DNA of 64,000 nt from Gammaproteobacteria bacterium (lineage in GTDB: Bacteria; Pseudomonadota; Gammaproteobacteria; CBDBNL01; JAAOII01): contig OZ242372.1 of the NCBI GenBank assembly GCA_965209035.1, positions 2,048,001 through 2,112,000 on the forward strand, in the 5' to 3' direction. Below, piece after piece: positions 10,179-20,557 of the stretch. The first letter of the stretch is position 1, and each line of letters begins with the position of its first letter. Below the pieces are notes generated by a model. It did no database searches, was not told the origin of the DNA, and was given only the letters and a program-made list of their open reading frames with translations. The position numbers were made by a program, and so were the translations under genes.

Positions 10179-12199
10179 GTTCCCTGCAAAGAACGCCCGG
10201 TATAAAAAAACTCCCGCCGCACCTGGCGGAAAAGATCGCCGCCGGCGAGGTGATTGAACGACCGGCATCGGTCATCAAAGAATTAACGGAAAACAGTTTG
10301 GATGCCGGTGCCACGGAAGTCAGCATCAGTGTTACCCAAGGCGGTCTGGACTTGATAGAAGTATCGGATAACGGCGCGGGAATTTTACCGGAAGAATTGC
10401 ATTTGGCGGTTGAAAATCATGCTACCGCAAAAATTGACAGCGAAGCGGACCTGGAAAATATCGGCAGTTACGGTTTTCGCGGCGAAGCCCTGGCAAGTAT
10501 TGGGGCGGTTTCCGAGTTAACTTTAATTTCATGCCCGCACCTGGGCGAAGCACACAGTATTTGCGTGCGCGACGGAGTGGCACAGCCGATGACCCCGGCG
10601 GCCCTGCCCGAAGGGACTATGGTGCGGGTGCGGGGACTGTTTTCCCGGATGCCTGCCCGTCGCAAGTTCATGCGAACCTTTGTCACCGAATATGGCTACA
10701 TTGAGCGAATGTTTGTCAAGTTGGCACTGACATCGCCGCGGGTTGCCTTTACACTCAAGCGAGATGACAAAATCATTTACAAGCTGCCCGCCTGTTCAAA
10801 GGACTCTGTCCGCGAACTCGGCACATCCGGTCGTTTGGCGGAACTTCTCGGCAAGGATTTTGTTGCCAATAGCCTCGGCATCTTCTCATCGGCAACGGAC
10901 AGTTACAACTTGGAAGGCTATGTGATGAAGCCCGCCCACTGCAAGGAGAAGGCAAAACATCGACTACTCTTTGTCAATGGCAGATCGGTGCAGGATCGGG
11001 TGATGATGCACGCCATTCGGCACGGCTATCGGGAGATGCTACACGGCGGCAGGCAGCCCGAGTATGTTCTTTTTCTGCAAGTTCCTCCCGCCGAATTGGA
11101 TGTCAATGTGCATCCCGCCAAGACAGAGGTGCGATTTGCACATAGTCACCGGGTGCACAATACTGTCAGTTCCGCCGTTCGCCGGGTCTTGCGTCGCCCC
11201 GCCACCGAATGGGCGAACAATGCTGCGGATATGGGAGGTGCCGCCGTAGCTGCTCGGTTCAAGAGAGCCAATGAGAGTAGAACCGGTGAGAGTGGCGCAC
11301 CCGGGAACTCCTATGCCGGGCATCCCAACTCTGCCCATGCCGAGCGTTGGCAAAGTAAATTCCTCCCGGGTGTGCGGCATACCGGAACCGGCAAGCCGGC
11401 AACAAAAGCCGACAGTTTTGCCGATTTTTTTGATATAGCCGAACATCATACCAAACAAGAGACTAATAATAACGCCGAAGATGTTCCCGAACAAACTGCT
11501 GAGGATAGTATCCAAGAACTGCCACCACACGACACTCACGATACTGCCCCGAGTTTTCAACTGTCCTCTTTTTCTCTCGGGCAAGCGGTTGCTCAGATGC
11601 ACGGTGTCTATATTTTGGCAATCAACAAAACGGGTCTGGTCGTTTTGGATGTGCATGCCGCCCACGAACGCATCGTGTTTGAAGAACTCAAGCATCAATA
11701 TTTCAAAAGCAAGCCCGAACTGCAACAACTTCTTTTTCCGGTGCATGTGGAATTGTCGCCTGCGGATACCCTGTTTGTGGAAGAAAACCTAACCAATTTT
11801 AACAATTGGGGCTTTGAGTTGCGTCTGTTGGGTCCCAAAGAAGTTGCCGTTCATACGCTTCCCGCCTTGTTAAGAACCGACGGAATGAATGACCTAATTC
11901 AAGAATTATGCGGCGTCTTGCGTGAAATTGGGACGGGCGAAACGGACGAAAGCGGCGAAGGAATCAAACTTGCATCTTGGCAAGAACCGCACATCGAAAG
12001 CGAAAGCGAAAAGGTTCTCGCCACCATAGCATGTTACGGTTCGGTGCGTGCCAACCAAAAACTCACTATGGACGAGATGAACGAACTCCTTAGAAAACTG
12101 GAAAAAACAGCCGGCGGTCATTCTTGTAATCACGGCAGACCGACGCATGTGCTGCTGAGCATGGAAGAGTTGGATAAGATGCTACTGCGCGGCAGATGA
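10175..12199 (+). CDS. mutL: DNA mismatch repair protein MutL
   Basis: [53 protein letters not shown] endonuclease motif, CNHGRPT. Confidence 0.96.
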   Translation: MSSLQRTPGIKKLPPHLAEKIAAGEVIERPASVIKELTENSLDAGATEVSISVTQGGLDLIEVSDNGAGILPEELHLAVENHATAKIDSEADLENIGSYGFRGEALASIGAVSELTLISCPHLGEAHSICVRDGVAQPMTPAALPEGTMVRVRGLFSRMPARRKFMRTFVTEYGYIERMFVKLALTSPRVAFTLKRDDKIIYKLPACSKDSVRELGTSGRLAELLGKDFVANSLGIFSSATDSYNLEGYVMKPAHCKEKAKHRLLFVNGRSVQDRVMMHAIRHGYREMLHGGRQPEYVLFLQVPPAELDVNVHPAKTEVRFAHSHRVHNTVSSAVRRVLRRPATEWANNAADMGGAAVAARFKRANESRTGESGAPGNSYAGHPNSAHAERWQSKFLPGVRHTGTGKPATKADSFADFFDIAEHHTKQETNNNAEDVPEQTAEDSIQELPPHDTHDTAPSFQLSSFSLGQAVAQMHGVYILAINKTGLVVLDVHAAHERIVFEELKHQYFKSKPELQQLLFPVHVELSPADTLFVEENLTNFNNWGFELRLLGPKEVAVHTLPALLRTDGMNDLIQELCGVLREIGTGETDESGEGIKLASWQEPHIESESEKVLATIACYGSVRANQKLTMDEMNELLRKLEKTAGGHSCNHGRPTHVLLSMEELDKMLLRGR

Positions 12200-12238
12200 T
12201 GATTGCGAGCGAGAATGTCTGCTTCTGTGAGTGAGACA

Positions 12239-12356
12239 GCCAAACTCGTTGACTAACTTCTTTGGTATCATCGCGAACATCCTCGGCATGCCTACAAATA
12301 ACTCTCGTCAATTCAATTCTTGCAAAAACAACAAAAGTCCGGGAATGGGCGGGATT
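12239..12356 (+). mobile_element. Degenerate IS481 right-end remnant that served as target of the full IS
   Basis: Matches the IS 3' end; its terminal GGGATT|ATACA is split by the full copy and resumes at 13661-13665. Confidence 0.75.
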
Positions 12357-13655
12357 TGCATAGTCTCATAAAGGTTCTGGACTCTGAGTTTGGTATTGTG
12401 CGTCCTCAGATCAAGCAGCCGGAGGTTCTGTCGGACGGGTCGAAAATAGATCCGGCAACGGGTCTTCGGTATGTGGAGCTAGATGAATGAAACGGGCAAG
12501 AAGGACGGATAGCTGTTTTGCTCTCACCGCCGCAGACAGCGGAGGCTTGTTGTTGATAAAACTGTCTAGGTGTATCCGCTGGCGAGACGGTACGGTTTGT
12601 GAGGGCAGCCGGACTGCACATTGGAAATGAGAGGAACACGTTTACGCTACATTGGTTATCGCGTGCGCGGTTTCAATAAAATGGTGGTTTTAGCAAACAA
12701 ATATTCAAACATGTCTAAAACCACCAAAATCAAACTGGACACCTTAGCGTTCGCGCGCAAACATGGTGTCGCGGCGGCGCTGGATCATGCCGGGATCAGT
12801 CGTGCTACATTCTACGAGTGGCAGCGGCGTTTCCGTGAAGGCGGGGTCGATGAACTGGCGAACAACTATGGGTATCAGCCCAAGCGGTCCAACACCTGGC
12901 CACCGGCACTGATTGACAAGATCCGGTCTTGGCGACAAGAGCGACCGAATATCGGTCCCAATAAACTGGTCTGCTTGTTACCCGAATGGTGCCAGCAGCA
13001 GGGGCTGCCGGCACCCAGCCGGTCAACCATTGCCCGCATCATCGCTGATGCACCGGGTAAGATGCGGCACCAGTCATCGCTGACCGAGCAGAAGAACCCG
13101 CGGCAAGGTGCTCCTCGCGAGCGCAAGGACATCTGCTTTGTTGCGGGCCGGAGAGGTGAATGTGTTGCCTTTGATACGCTCGTCCGCATCGTCGATGGCC
13201 GGCGCTTTTATTGGCATGTCGGCATTGATCTATTTTCCCGCATCGCGCTAGTCCATGTCGATACCTCGGCTGCTTCGGCCAGTTCCGCCCGGCTCTTTAC
13301 CGCCATGCAAAACATACTCGGCACTCGGATCGAAAAAGTCCTCACCGATAATGGCAGTGAGTTCGCCAAAGACTTTCACCGGATCGTGACCGCAAACGGC
13401 AGCACCCACTGGTATACTTATCCAAGGAAACCGCAAATGAATGCACACTGCGAACGGTTTAATCGCACTCTCTGGGAAGAGTTCGGTTGTCATATGCGGC
13501 ATCTCTTGGTTAAGGATATGCCGGCATTCAACGCCAAACTCATCGAGTGGTTGGCTTGGTATAATCTTGAACGTCCCCATTATGCTCTCAAACAACTCTC
13601 GCCGATCCAATTTTTGCAAAAACAACAAAAGTCCAGAAATGGGTGGGACCATACA
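12357..13655 (+). mobile_element. IS481-family insertion sequence, copy A (1299 bp)
   Basis: Ends TGCATAGTCTCA and TGGGACCATACA form imperfect IRs; 5-bp TSD GGATT at 12352-12356 and 13656-13660. Confidence 0.9.
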
Positions 13656-13697
13656 GGATTATACAGGTTTGTCTGTAAAGCCCGTAAAATAGATTAA
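12621..13697 (+). CDS. IS481-family DDE transposase (start uncertain)
   Basis: HTH (GISRATFYEW), rve core FDT...TDNGSEF...NAHCERFNRTL.EE, YN.ERPH; no stop inside the IS. Confidence 0.9.
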   Translation: MEMRGTRLRYIGYRVRGFNKMVVLANKYSNMSKTTKIKLDTLAFARKHGVAAALDHAGISRATFYEWQRRFREGGVDELANNYGYQPKRSNTWPPALIDKIRSWRQERPNIGPNKLVCLLPEWCQQQGLPAPSRSTIARIIADAPGKMRHQSSLTEQKNPRQGAPRERKDICFVAGRRGECVAFDTLVRIVDGRRFYWHVGIDLFSRIALVHVDTSAASASSARLFTAMQNILGTRIEKVLTDNGSEFAKDFHRIVTANGSTHWYTYPRKPQMNAHCERFNRTLWEEFGCHMRHLLVKDMPAFNAKLIEWLAWYNLERPHYALKQLSPIQFLQKQQKSRNGWDHTGLYRFVCKARKID

Positions 13698-14015
13698 AAC
13701 GATTACGCAGACAACCGAGCGGGGTTGGGCAATCAATCCTAAATTAAGTGTTATACTTATAAAAATGAAAGCCCTTATTCCCCGTTCGGTTGTCTTTTTT
13801 TGTGATGTCGCACCCGGGTTACCCGGAACAAACAAAAAGCATAATCCACAACCCACAACACGGCTTTATTTGGCCCGCCCGTAAAGCCCGTAAAATAGAT
13901 TAATGTGATTATGCAGATAACCGGACGGGGTTGGGTAAATAGCCTCCAAAAAATATATTTGCCCTCTTTGCCCCGTTCGGTTGTCTTTTTTTGTGATGCC
14001 GAACACCCGGAACAC
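13675..14015 (+). repeat. Two tandem non-coding units (206-bp period), each a long hairpin plus T7
   Basis: Shared GTAAAGCCCGTAAAATAGATTAA at 13675 and 13881; stems 13709-13724/13780-13795 and 13915-13930/13971-13986. Confidence 0.8.
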
Positions 14016-14061
14016 AAAGAGATGCGGCTCCCCGGCTCCAAGAATTAAAAATTAAAAATAT

Positions 14062-14838
14062 TCAAAAATGACTGTGCGTATGTCGATGCTTGTAAATAGC
14101 AAAGTGTCTGCCGACCTTGTCGCCAAAGAGGTTTTTGTAGGCGTCGTTATTGTTGATTTCTTGCGGGGTGCCGCTGCAGCAAAGATGTTGATTCAGACAC
14201 AGCACTCTGTCGGTGGATGCCATGACCAGATGCAGATCATGAGATACCAAAATGAGGGCACAGCGATGCTCTTTGGTATAGTTGCGGAGCAGTTCGTAAA
14301 AATGAATGCGGGCATTAATGTCCAGGCTGCGATCCGGTTCATCCAAAATCAAGAGTTTCGGGCTGTTGAGCAGGGCTCTTGCCAGCAAAACCAGTTGTGT
14401 TTGCCCGCCGGAAAGATCCTGTAGGGAAGTTTTTAACAGAGAGTCCAAGTTCAGTTGTTCGGCTACCCGGGAAAAGACAGAGGCGTTGTAATAGGGGCTC
14501 ATGTGTAAAAAATTTTTAACGCGCATCGGGAGGAGATTATTAAATGATACCGATTGCGGAATATAGCCGAGACGGAGTCCTTTGGGTTTGATGACCCGGC
14601 CGCTTGTCGGTGTGATGAGACCTACCAGGACCCGGATGAGTGTGGTTTTGCCGCCGCCGTTCGGTCCGATGATGCTGAGTATTTCGGTTTCGCCTGTTTC
14701 AAAGGAAATGTCGTCCAGGATCATTTTGTCTTTGTCAAAAAAAGAGAGCCGGTGGCAACCAAAAAATGTGGCAGAGTCGCCGCCTGTTGCCTTAATATTT
14801 TTCGCGCCGCGATTTTTTACGCCGTTATTTTTTGCCAT
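14062..14838 (-). CDS. znuC: Zinc ABC transporter ATP-binding protein
   Basis: GPNGGGKTT, LSGGQ, LILDEP, VSHDLHLVMASTD.VLCLN.H.CCSGTP, His-rich tail; znuA/znuB not adjacent. Confidence 0.88.
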   Translation of the reverse strand: MAKNNGVKNRGAKNIKATGGDSATFFGCHRLSFFDKDKMILDDISFETGETEILSIIGPNGGGKTTLIRVLVGLITPTSGRVIKPKGLRLGYIPQSVSFNNLLPMRVKNFLHMSPYYNASVFSRVAEQLNLDSLLKTSLQDLSGGQTQLVLLARALLNSPKLLILDEPDRSLDINARIHFYELLRNYTKEHRCALILVSHDLHLVMASTDRVLCLNQHLCCSGTPQEINNNDAYKNLFGDKVGRHFAIYKHRHTHSHF

Positions 14839-14920
14839 AAGGTATCATATCACACACACAGATGATAGGGCAGCGCGTATGAAGAATAGGCGGCATATTC
14901 AATAACGCTTAAAGAAACCC

Positions 14921-17900
14921 GTGAACTCCTTTAATAACTCCTTTATCCATCTGCGCGTGCATAGCACCTATTCCATTCGGGACGGTCTGGCAAGACCGGA
15001 AGAATTAACGGAGTCGGCAAAGAATTTGGGTTATGAGGGCATCGCCTTGACAGATCGCGCCAACCTGTTCGGGGCTGTCAAGTTTTGTAACAGTGCCAGG
15101 GCAAAGGCGATGAAGCCGGTTTTGGGGATGACCTTGCAAATCAGTGATGCGAACTTATCGGAGCAAATGAGTGCCGTCTATGAGATTGTCGTCCTGGCAA
15201 AAAATAAGAAGGGCTATGCAAATCTGATGCAACTTTCCACCTATGCGCAGACAAAAAGTGCGGATGCCGGCAGAAGGGGTACAGTCCCCTATGCCTTTTT
15301 TAGCGAGCATTGCCAAGACCTGATCGTTCTCGGTGGCTGGCTGGGCGGCGATGTGGGGCTTGCGGTTGCGGCCGGCGACCATACCGCTGCCAAAGAACGC
15401 CTGCGGAACTGGCAGAATTTGTGCGGCGATAACTACTATATGGAGCTGCAACGCTTGGGCGAAGAGCATACGGCGGAACTTGCCGATATGCTGAAGTTGG
15501 CGAAGGAGTGTTCTTGTCCGCCTGTCGCAACCAACGATGTGATGTTCTTAAGGCCGGAAGATGACGAAACCCATCGGCTGCGCATTCATATTAATCTTTC
15601 CGAGCCGGTTGATCGGGAGAATACTTCCAACCCTTATAACAGAAACCAGTATCTGCGCAGCCGCGCGGAAATGGAGCAGCTGTTTGCCGAGGTTCCGGCG
15701 GCATTGGAAAATGCGGGGCACATTTTTTGCAAATGTTCTTTTATCTTAAAAAAGAAAGACAATATTCCCCGCTATTCCGATAAGGGTTCGGCCGATCGAG
15801 ACCTTGCCGAACTGGCAAACACAGGTATGGAAAAATACCTGGGCAATGATTGGAAAGATGTGCGGGGCGGGATCTATGGGCAACGATTGCAATCGGAACT
15901 TGAGATTATCGCAAAGATGCGTTACAGCGATTACTTTCTCATTGTCAGTGATTTTGTGCGTTGGGCAAAAGGGCGGGATATTCCGGTGGGTCCCGGACGC
16001 GGCTCGGGTGCCGGCTCTTTGGTTGCCTATGCAACAGAGATTACGGGTTTGGATCCTCTGCAATACGATCTCTTGTTTGAAAGATTTCTGAACGAAGGGC
16101 GCGGTTCTATGCCCGACTTTGACATAGATGTTTGTATGGAAAGACGCGAAGAGGTGATTGCCTACATTCGTCAAAGATACGGCGATACTTCCGTGGCGCA
16201 GATTATTTCCTTCGGGACTCTGGGTGCCAGGGCGGCCATACGGGATCTGGTGCGGATCCTTAAGAAGCCCTATGGACTGGGAGACAAAATCGTGGATATG
16301 ATTGTCGGCGGGCCGCATATCAAGTTGGCGGAGGTTCGCAAGGATGCGCGTCTTTCCAATTACCTTGCGGCGGATGCGGAAGCGGATCTGGTGTATCAAA
16401 ATGCAATGTCTTTGGAAGGGCAGGTGCGCCATACGGGTTTGCACGCGGCCGGTGTGGTGATTACGACCGGCCCCGTGGCGGATTCTTGTCCTCTTTATTG
16501 CGACGAGGACGGCAAACTACTGACGCAGTTTGACAAGGATGATCTGGAAAGCATCGGCTTGGTGAAGTTTGATGTTTTGGGGCTGCGCACTCTGACTTTA
16601 ATTGATCACACCATTAAAGCAATTGCCGCCGATGGCAAAAATGAACGGCCTGTCCTGCGTTCCGATAAGACGGATGACCCCAAGGTTTTTGCGATGATCT
16701 GTCGCGGCGCGACGCGCGGTGTTTTTCAGTTGGAATCTTCCGGTATGCGTAATCTGGCGGAGCGTATGCGACCGAGTTTGTTTGAAGACATTGTCTCGTT
16801 GATCGCTTTGTTTCGTCCGGGCCCGATGGACTTGATAGACGAGTTCATTGAAAACAAGGCAAAAACGGAAAAAGGGGAGGAGGTTGCTTATTTATCAGAT
16901 TCTGTGAAAGATGTCCTGAAAGACACATACGGAATTACCTTGTATCAGGAGCAGGTGATGCAGATTGCCCAAATAGTGGCGGGCTTTAGTTTGACCGAGG
17001 CGGATGTGCTGCGATATGTGATGAGTAAGAAGGTGAAAGAGATCATGCCCAAACTGAAAGAAAGGTTCATTAAGGGGGCACTAAAAAATAATTACAAGGC
17101 GAAGGAAACGGAAGAAATTTTTTGGAAGATAGATAAGTTTTCCGGTTACGGATTCAATCGCTCGCATGCGGTTGGTTACGGCGTGCTTGCCTATTGGACG
17201 GCATATCTGAAATGCCATTATCCGGCTCAATTTATGGCAGCCGCTCTTTCTTTGGAGGAGAATGATCTGCGCCGAACCTCCGTTTATGTGGATGAGGTCA
17301 GGCGTCTTAAATTAGAGATCGTCCCGCCGGATATTAACCTTTGTAGTGCGCACTTTATTGCCAAGGAGGGCAAGATTTTTTACGGTCTGTCTTCTATTAA
17401 GGGGTTGGGGCGATACCATGCCCTGGAAATTGTGAAGGAACGCGCAAATGGCCCCTATAAGGATTTGTTTGATCTGAGTAGTCGGGTGTCGCAGATTTCC
17501 GGGGCGACAATTAACAAAAGAGTATTGGAAAACTTGATCCGAGTGGGGGCATTCAATCGTTTGGATGCCAATCAAGAAAGATTGATGCGACAACTAAGCA
17601 GGGCAATTCAACTGGGCAAAAAGCAAAAAGAAGAAGCCGAGAAGGGGCTGACGGATATGTTTGCCGAAACTCTGGATGCGAAGTCTTTGGAAAACACGGA
17701 GGAACAAGCATGTCGCGCTTGGAGTGAAAAGCGTGCCATGCGGGAAGAACAAAAAGCCTTGGGGTTTGATTTGCGCTATGATCCGTTTAAGGTGTATGCG
17801 GCCGAATTGAGACGCTATGTTAAGCAAGAGATACGCAAACTAACGCTCAACGAACGGGTTACAATATGCGGCCTGATTTATCACCGAAGATATATTATGA

Positions 17901-18364
17901 AAAACGAAAGACCGATGATACAGATTTCTTTGCGGGATAACAGCGGGGAAATCTCGATCATGCTGATGTCAAACATTTATGCCAAGATCGATGATCGGGT
18001 TCTCAAAGAAGGCAATTTGATTGCTCTAAAAGGAAAACTGTCCGGCTTTCGTAATTCGGAGAGAACCGGGTTTGATGTGGAGACTGTGTTCAGTCTGGCG
18101 GATTTACGGACGACAAATTGCGATTGCATTCTCTTACACACGGAGGCACAATATGCAAATAGTTCTTCGGTTAAGAAGTTACAGAACTTGGCAACCAAGC
18201 ACGCCGGCAATACAGGGTTGCCGTTGTTTTTACAAATTCGGGACGGTGAAAAAGACTATCGCCTTCGCCTGTTCAAACAATATCATGTGCATCCGGAGGA
18301 ATCCTTTTTTACCGAGTTGGAAGCGGAGTTCCCGTTTTTTGATTATGAGTTCCCGCTCAAGTAG
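14921..18364 (+). CDS. dnaE: DNA polymerase III alpha subunit
   Basis: HLRVHS.YS..DG PHP domain, GPGRGSGAGSLVAY, MPDFDID, KFDVLGLRTLT, FSGYGFNRSH. Confidence 0.97.
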   Translation: MNSFNNSFIHLRVHSTYSIRDGLARPEELTESAKNLGYEGIALTDRANLFGAVKFCNSARAKAMKPVLGMTLQISDANLSEQMSAVYEIVVLAKNKKGYANLMQLSTYAQTKSADAGRRGTVPYAFFSEHCQDLIVLGGWLGGDVGLAVAAGDHTAAKERLRNWQNLCGDNYYMELQRLGEEHTAELADMLKLAKECSCPPVATNDVMFLRPEDDETHRLRIHINLSEPVDRENTSNPYNRNQYLRSRAEMEQLFAEVPAALENAGHIFCKCSFILKKKDNIPRYSDKGSADRDLAELANTGMEKYLGNDWKDVRGGIYGQRLQSELEIIAKMRYSDYFLIVSDFVRWAKGRDIPVGPGRGSGAGSLVAYATEITGLDPLQYDLLFERFLNEGRGSMPDFDIDVCMERREEVIAYIRQRYGDTSVAQIISFGTLGARAAIRDLVRILKKPYGLGDKIVDMIVGGPHIKLAEVRKDARLSNYLAADAEADLVYQNAMSLEGQVRHTGLHAAGVVITTGPVADSCPLYCDEDGKLLTQFDKDDLESIGLVKFDVLGLRTLTLIDHTIKAIAADGKNERPVLRSDKTDDPKVFAMICRGATRGVFQLESSGMRNLAERMRPSLFEDIVSLIALFRPGPMDLIDEFIENKAKTEKGEEVAYLSDSVKDVLKDTYGITLYQEQVMQIAQIVAGFSLTEADVLRYVMSKKVKEIMPKLKERFIKGALKNNYKAKETEEIFWKIDKFSGYGFNRSHAVGYGVLAYWTAYLKCHYPAQFMAAALSLEENDLRRTSVYVDEVRRLKLEIVPPDINLCSAHFIAKEGKIFYGLSSIKGLGRYHALEIVKERANGPYKDLFDLSSRVSQISGATINKRVLENLIRVGAFNRLDANQERLMRQLSRAIQLGKKQKEEAEKGLTDMFAETLDAKSLENTEEQACRAWSEKRAMREEQKALGFDLRYDPFKVYAAELRRYVKQEIRKLTLNERVTICGLIYHRRYIMKNERPMIQISLRDNSGEISIMLMSNIYAKIDDRVLKEGNLIALKGKLSGFRNSERTGFDVETVFSLADLRTTNCDCILLHTEAQYANSSSVKKLQNLATKHAGNTGLPLFLQIRDGEKDYRLRLFKQYHVHPEESFFTELEAEFPFFDYEFPLK

Positions 18365-18378
18365 TGCAGCGGGAGGTT

Positions 18379-19236
18379 TTACTCCTTGGCGGGTTTATTT
18401 TTGGCCGGGTTGTATTTGTCTATTTCCTTAATAACCCAATTGTTTTCTTTAAAAAATTTGTTGCGGACATACAGGCGCGCCAGAAAACGCAGATTGGTTA
18501 AGGAACCGATTTCTTCTATCATTGACGCAAGATCTTCTTTCTCGGAGATGTTTGCTTCCACAAAAGAAAAAATTTCTTCTTGAATCTTGTAAAGATCCCC
18601 CGTATGCTTTTTGGATAGGTTGAGCGCATGCAATTGCTGACTCCATTCTTCCCAACGGCCGTCAACATATTTTTTAATGCCACTTTCCTCCAATGTTTCC
18701 CGACCAAGAGCTGTCATATCGAGAGGAGAATGCTCCGCGGCAATTAGTACTTGCATGGCAACACCTTTCTTATTCAAAAGCATCAACTTCAAAGTTTTGA
18801 CAACAACATCCAATTCAGTTCTGACTCCCGCAATATCCCCTTTTAGTTCAGTTCTGACTCCCGCAATACCCCCTTTTAGTTCAGTTCTGACTCCCGTAAT
18901 CTCCTCTTTTACTTCTTCTATATTAACTTCTATTTTTTGATTTGTTTTTGCCACAGCCAGGTATAACGAAGCTATGGCATATTCGCAGACCAGGCCAAGG
19001 ATCATCACAAAGAAGCCGAGCAGAAAAAGAATAAACCAACTGCCCTCCGGTATCAACTTGTATGCAAGGGCGGCATCGTAAAGGGTAAGAGTAGAAAATG
19101 CCGTAAATACTAGCAACCCAATTGCACATAGGATGTATGTCCAAACGCTAACCTTTACTTCCGGCAGACGTCCGGTATTGTATTTCCCCGCCGATTTTTC
19201 TGCGACTGTGTTACAGTCCATATCCTCCTTATTCAT
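18379..19236 (-). CDS. Hypothetical membrane protein (2 TM, hendecad coiled coil, C-terminal domain), copy 1, 285 aa
   Basis: Two hydrophobic helices followed by I(T/A)GVRTELKG(D/G) units; near-identical to the next two genes. Confidence 0.8.
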   Translation of the reverse strand: MNKEDMDCNTVAEKSAGKYNTGRLPEVKVSVWTYILCAIGLLVFTAFSTLTLYDAALAYKLIPEGSWFILFLLGFFVMILGLVCEYAIASLYLAVAKTNQKIEVNIEEVKEEITGVRTELKGGIAGVRTELKGDIAGVRTELDVVVKTLKLMLLNKKGVAMQVLIAAEHSPLDMTALGRETLEESGIKKYVDGRWEEWSQQLHALNLSKKHTGDLYKIQEEIFSFVEANISEKEDLASMIEEIGSLTNLRFLARLYVRNKFFKENNWVIKEIDKYNPAKNKPAKE

Positions 19237-19362
19237 CTATCTTCACATACCTTAAGCCGCTTGTCGGATCTCTTTTTACCCCGTCCGGCCGGACCTCCGG
19301 CCCTTTGATCTGAGGGCGCACCATCCCAAACTCAGAGTCCGGCACCTTGCTGAGGTTATGCC
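19231..19362 (-). mobile_element. IS481 left-end fragment forming the leader and ATG of copy 1 (repeated at 20364-20495 for copy 2)
   Basis: TTGATCTGAGGGCGCACCATCCCAAACTCAGAGTCC aligns with the IS left end at ~45126-45161; the IS sequence TAGATGAAT supplies ATG AAT. Confidence 0.75.
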
Positions 19363-19384
19363 CCTTATAGATACAAGAGTTTTT

Positions 19385-19413
19385 AAAATATAAAAACTGC
19401 TTTCTAAAGTCAA
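19385..19413 (-). promoter_or_regulatory. Putative sigma70 promoter TTGACT-17-TATTTT (duplicated at 20518-20546)
   Basis: -35 at 19408-19413 and -10 at 19385-19390 with a 17-bp spacer, reading into the IS-derived leader. Confidence 0.5.
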
Positions 19414-19424
19414 GATGGGCTGCT

Positions 19425-20369
19425 TCACTCCTTGGCGGGTTTATTTTTGGCCGGGTTGTATTTGTCTATTTCCTTAATAACCCAATTGTTTTCTTTAAAA
19501 AATTTGTTGCGGGCATACAGGCGCGCCAGAAAGCGCAGATTGGTTAAGGAACCGATTTCTTCTATCATTGACGCAAGATCTTCTTGCTCGGAGATGTTTG
19601 CTTCCACAAAAGAAAAAATTTCTTCTTGAATCTTATAAAGATCCCCCGTATGCTTTTTGGATAGGTTGAGCGCATGCAATTTCTTATTCCATTCTTCCCA
19701 ACGGCCGTCAACATATTTTTTAATGCCACTTTCCTCCAATGTTTCCCGACCAAGAGCTGTCATATCGAGAGGAGAATGCTCCGCGGCAATTAGTACTTGC
19801 ATGGCAACACCTTTCTTATTCAAAAGCATCAACTTCAAAGTTTTGACAACAACATCCAATTCAGTTCTGACTCCCGTAATCTCCTCTCTGACTCCCGCAA
19901 TATCCCCTTTTAATTCAGTTCTGACTCCCGCAATATCCCCTTTTAGCCCAGTTCTGACTCCTGCAATATCCCCTTTTAGTTCAGTTCTGACTCCTGCAAT
20001 ATCCCCTTTTAGTTCAGTTCTGACTCCCGTAATCTCCTCTTTTACTTCCTCTATATTAACTTCTATTTTTTGATTTGTTTTTGCCACAGCCAGGTATAAC
20101 GAAGCTATGGCATATTCGCAGACCAGGCCAAGGATCATCACAAAGAAGCCGAGCAGAAAAAGAATAAACCAACTGCCCTCCGGTATCAACTTGTATGCGA
20201 GGGCGGCGTCGTAAAGGGTAAGAGTAGAAAATGCCGTAAATACAAGCAGCCCAATTGCACATAGGATGTATGTCCAAACACTAACCTTTACTTCCGGCAG
20301 ACGTCCGGTATTGTATTTCCCCGCCGATTTTTCTGCGACTGTGTTACAGTCCATATCCTCCTTATTCAT
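19425..20369 (-). CDS. Hypothetical coiled-coil membrane protein, copy 2, 314 aa
   Basis: Copy 1 plus 29 aa (2x11+7) in the 33-bp repeat tract. Confidence 0.8.
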   Translation of the reverse strand: MNKEDMDCNTVAEKSAGKYNTGRLPEVKVSVWTYILCAIGLLVFTAFSTLTLYDAALAYKLIPEGSWFILFLLGFFVMILGLVCEYAIASLYLAVAKTNQKIEVNIEEVKEEITGVRTELKGDIAGVRTELKGDIAGVRTGLKGDIAGVRTELKGDIAGVREEITGVRTELDVVVKTLKLMLLNKKGVAMQVLIAAEHSPLDMTALGRETLEESGIKKYVDGRWEEWNKKLHALNLSKKHTGDLYKIQEEIFSFVEANISEQEDLASMIEEIGSLTNLRFLARLYARNKFFKENNWVIKEIDKYNPAKNKPAKE

Positions 20370-20557
20370 CTATCTTCACATACCTTAAGCCGCTTGTCGG
20401 ATCTCTTTTTACCCCGTCCGGCCGGACCTCCGGCCCTTTGATCTGAGGGCGCACCATCCCAAACTCAGAGTCCGGCACCTTGCTGAGGTTATGCCCCTTA
20501 TAGATACAAGAGTTTTTAAAATATAAAAACTGCTTTCTAAAGTCAAGATGGGCTGCT

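Noticed and set aside
12357-12620. IS481 non-coding leader as a bridge-RNA-like guide
   Set aside because: The element is a DDE transposon with IRs and 5-bp TSDs, not an IS110 recombinase; I saw no target-matching segments in the leader.
13675-14015. Hairpin units as integron attC sites or plain terminators
   Set aside because: No clear RYYYAAC...GTTRRRY boundaries, no cassette ORFs and no integrase; the loops are too long for standard intrinsic terminators.
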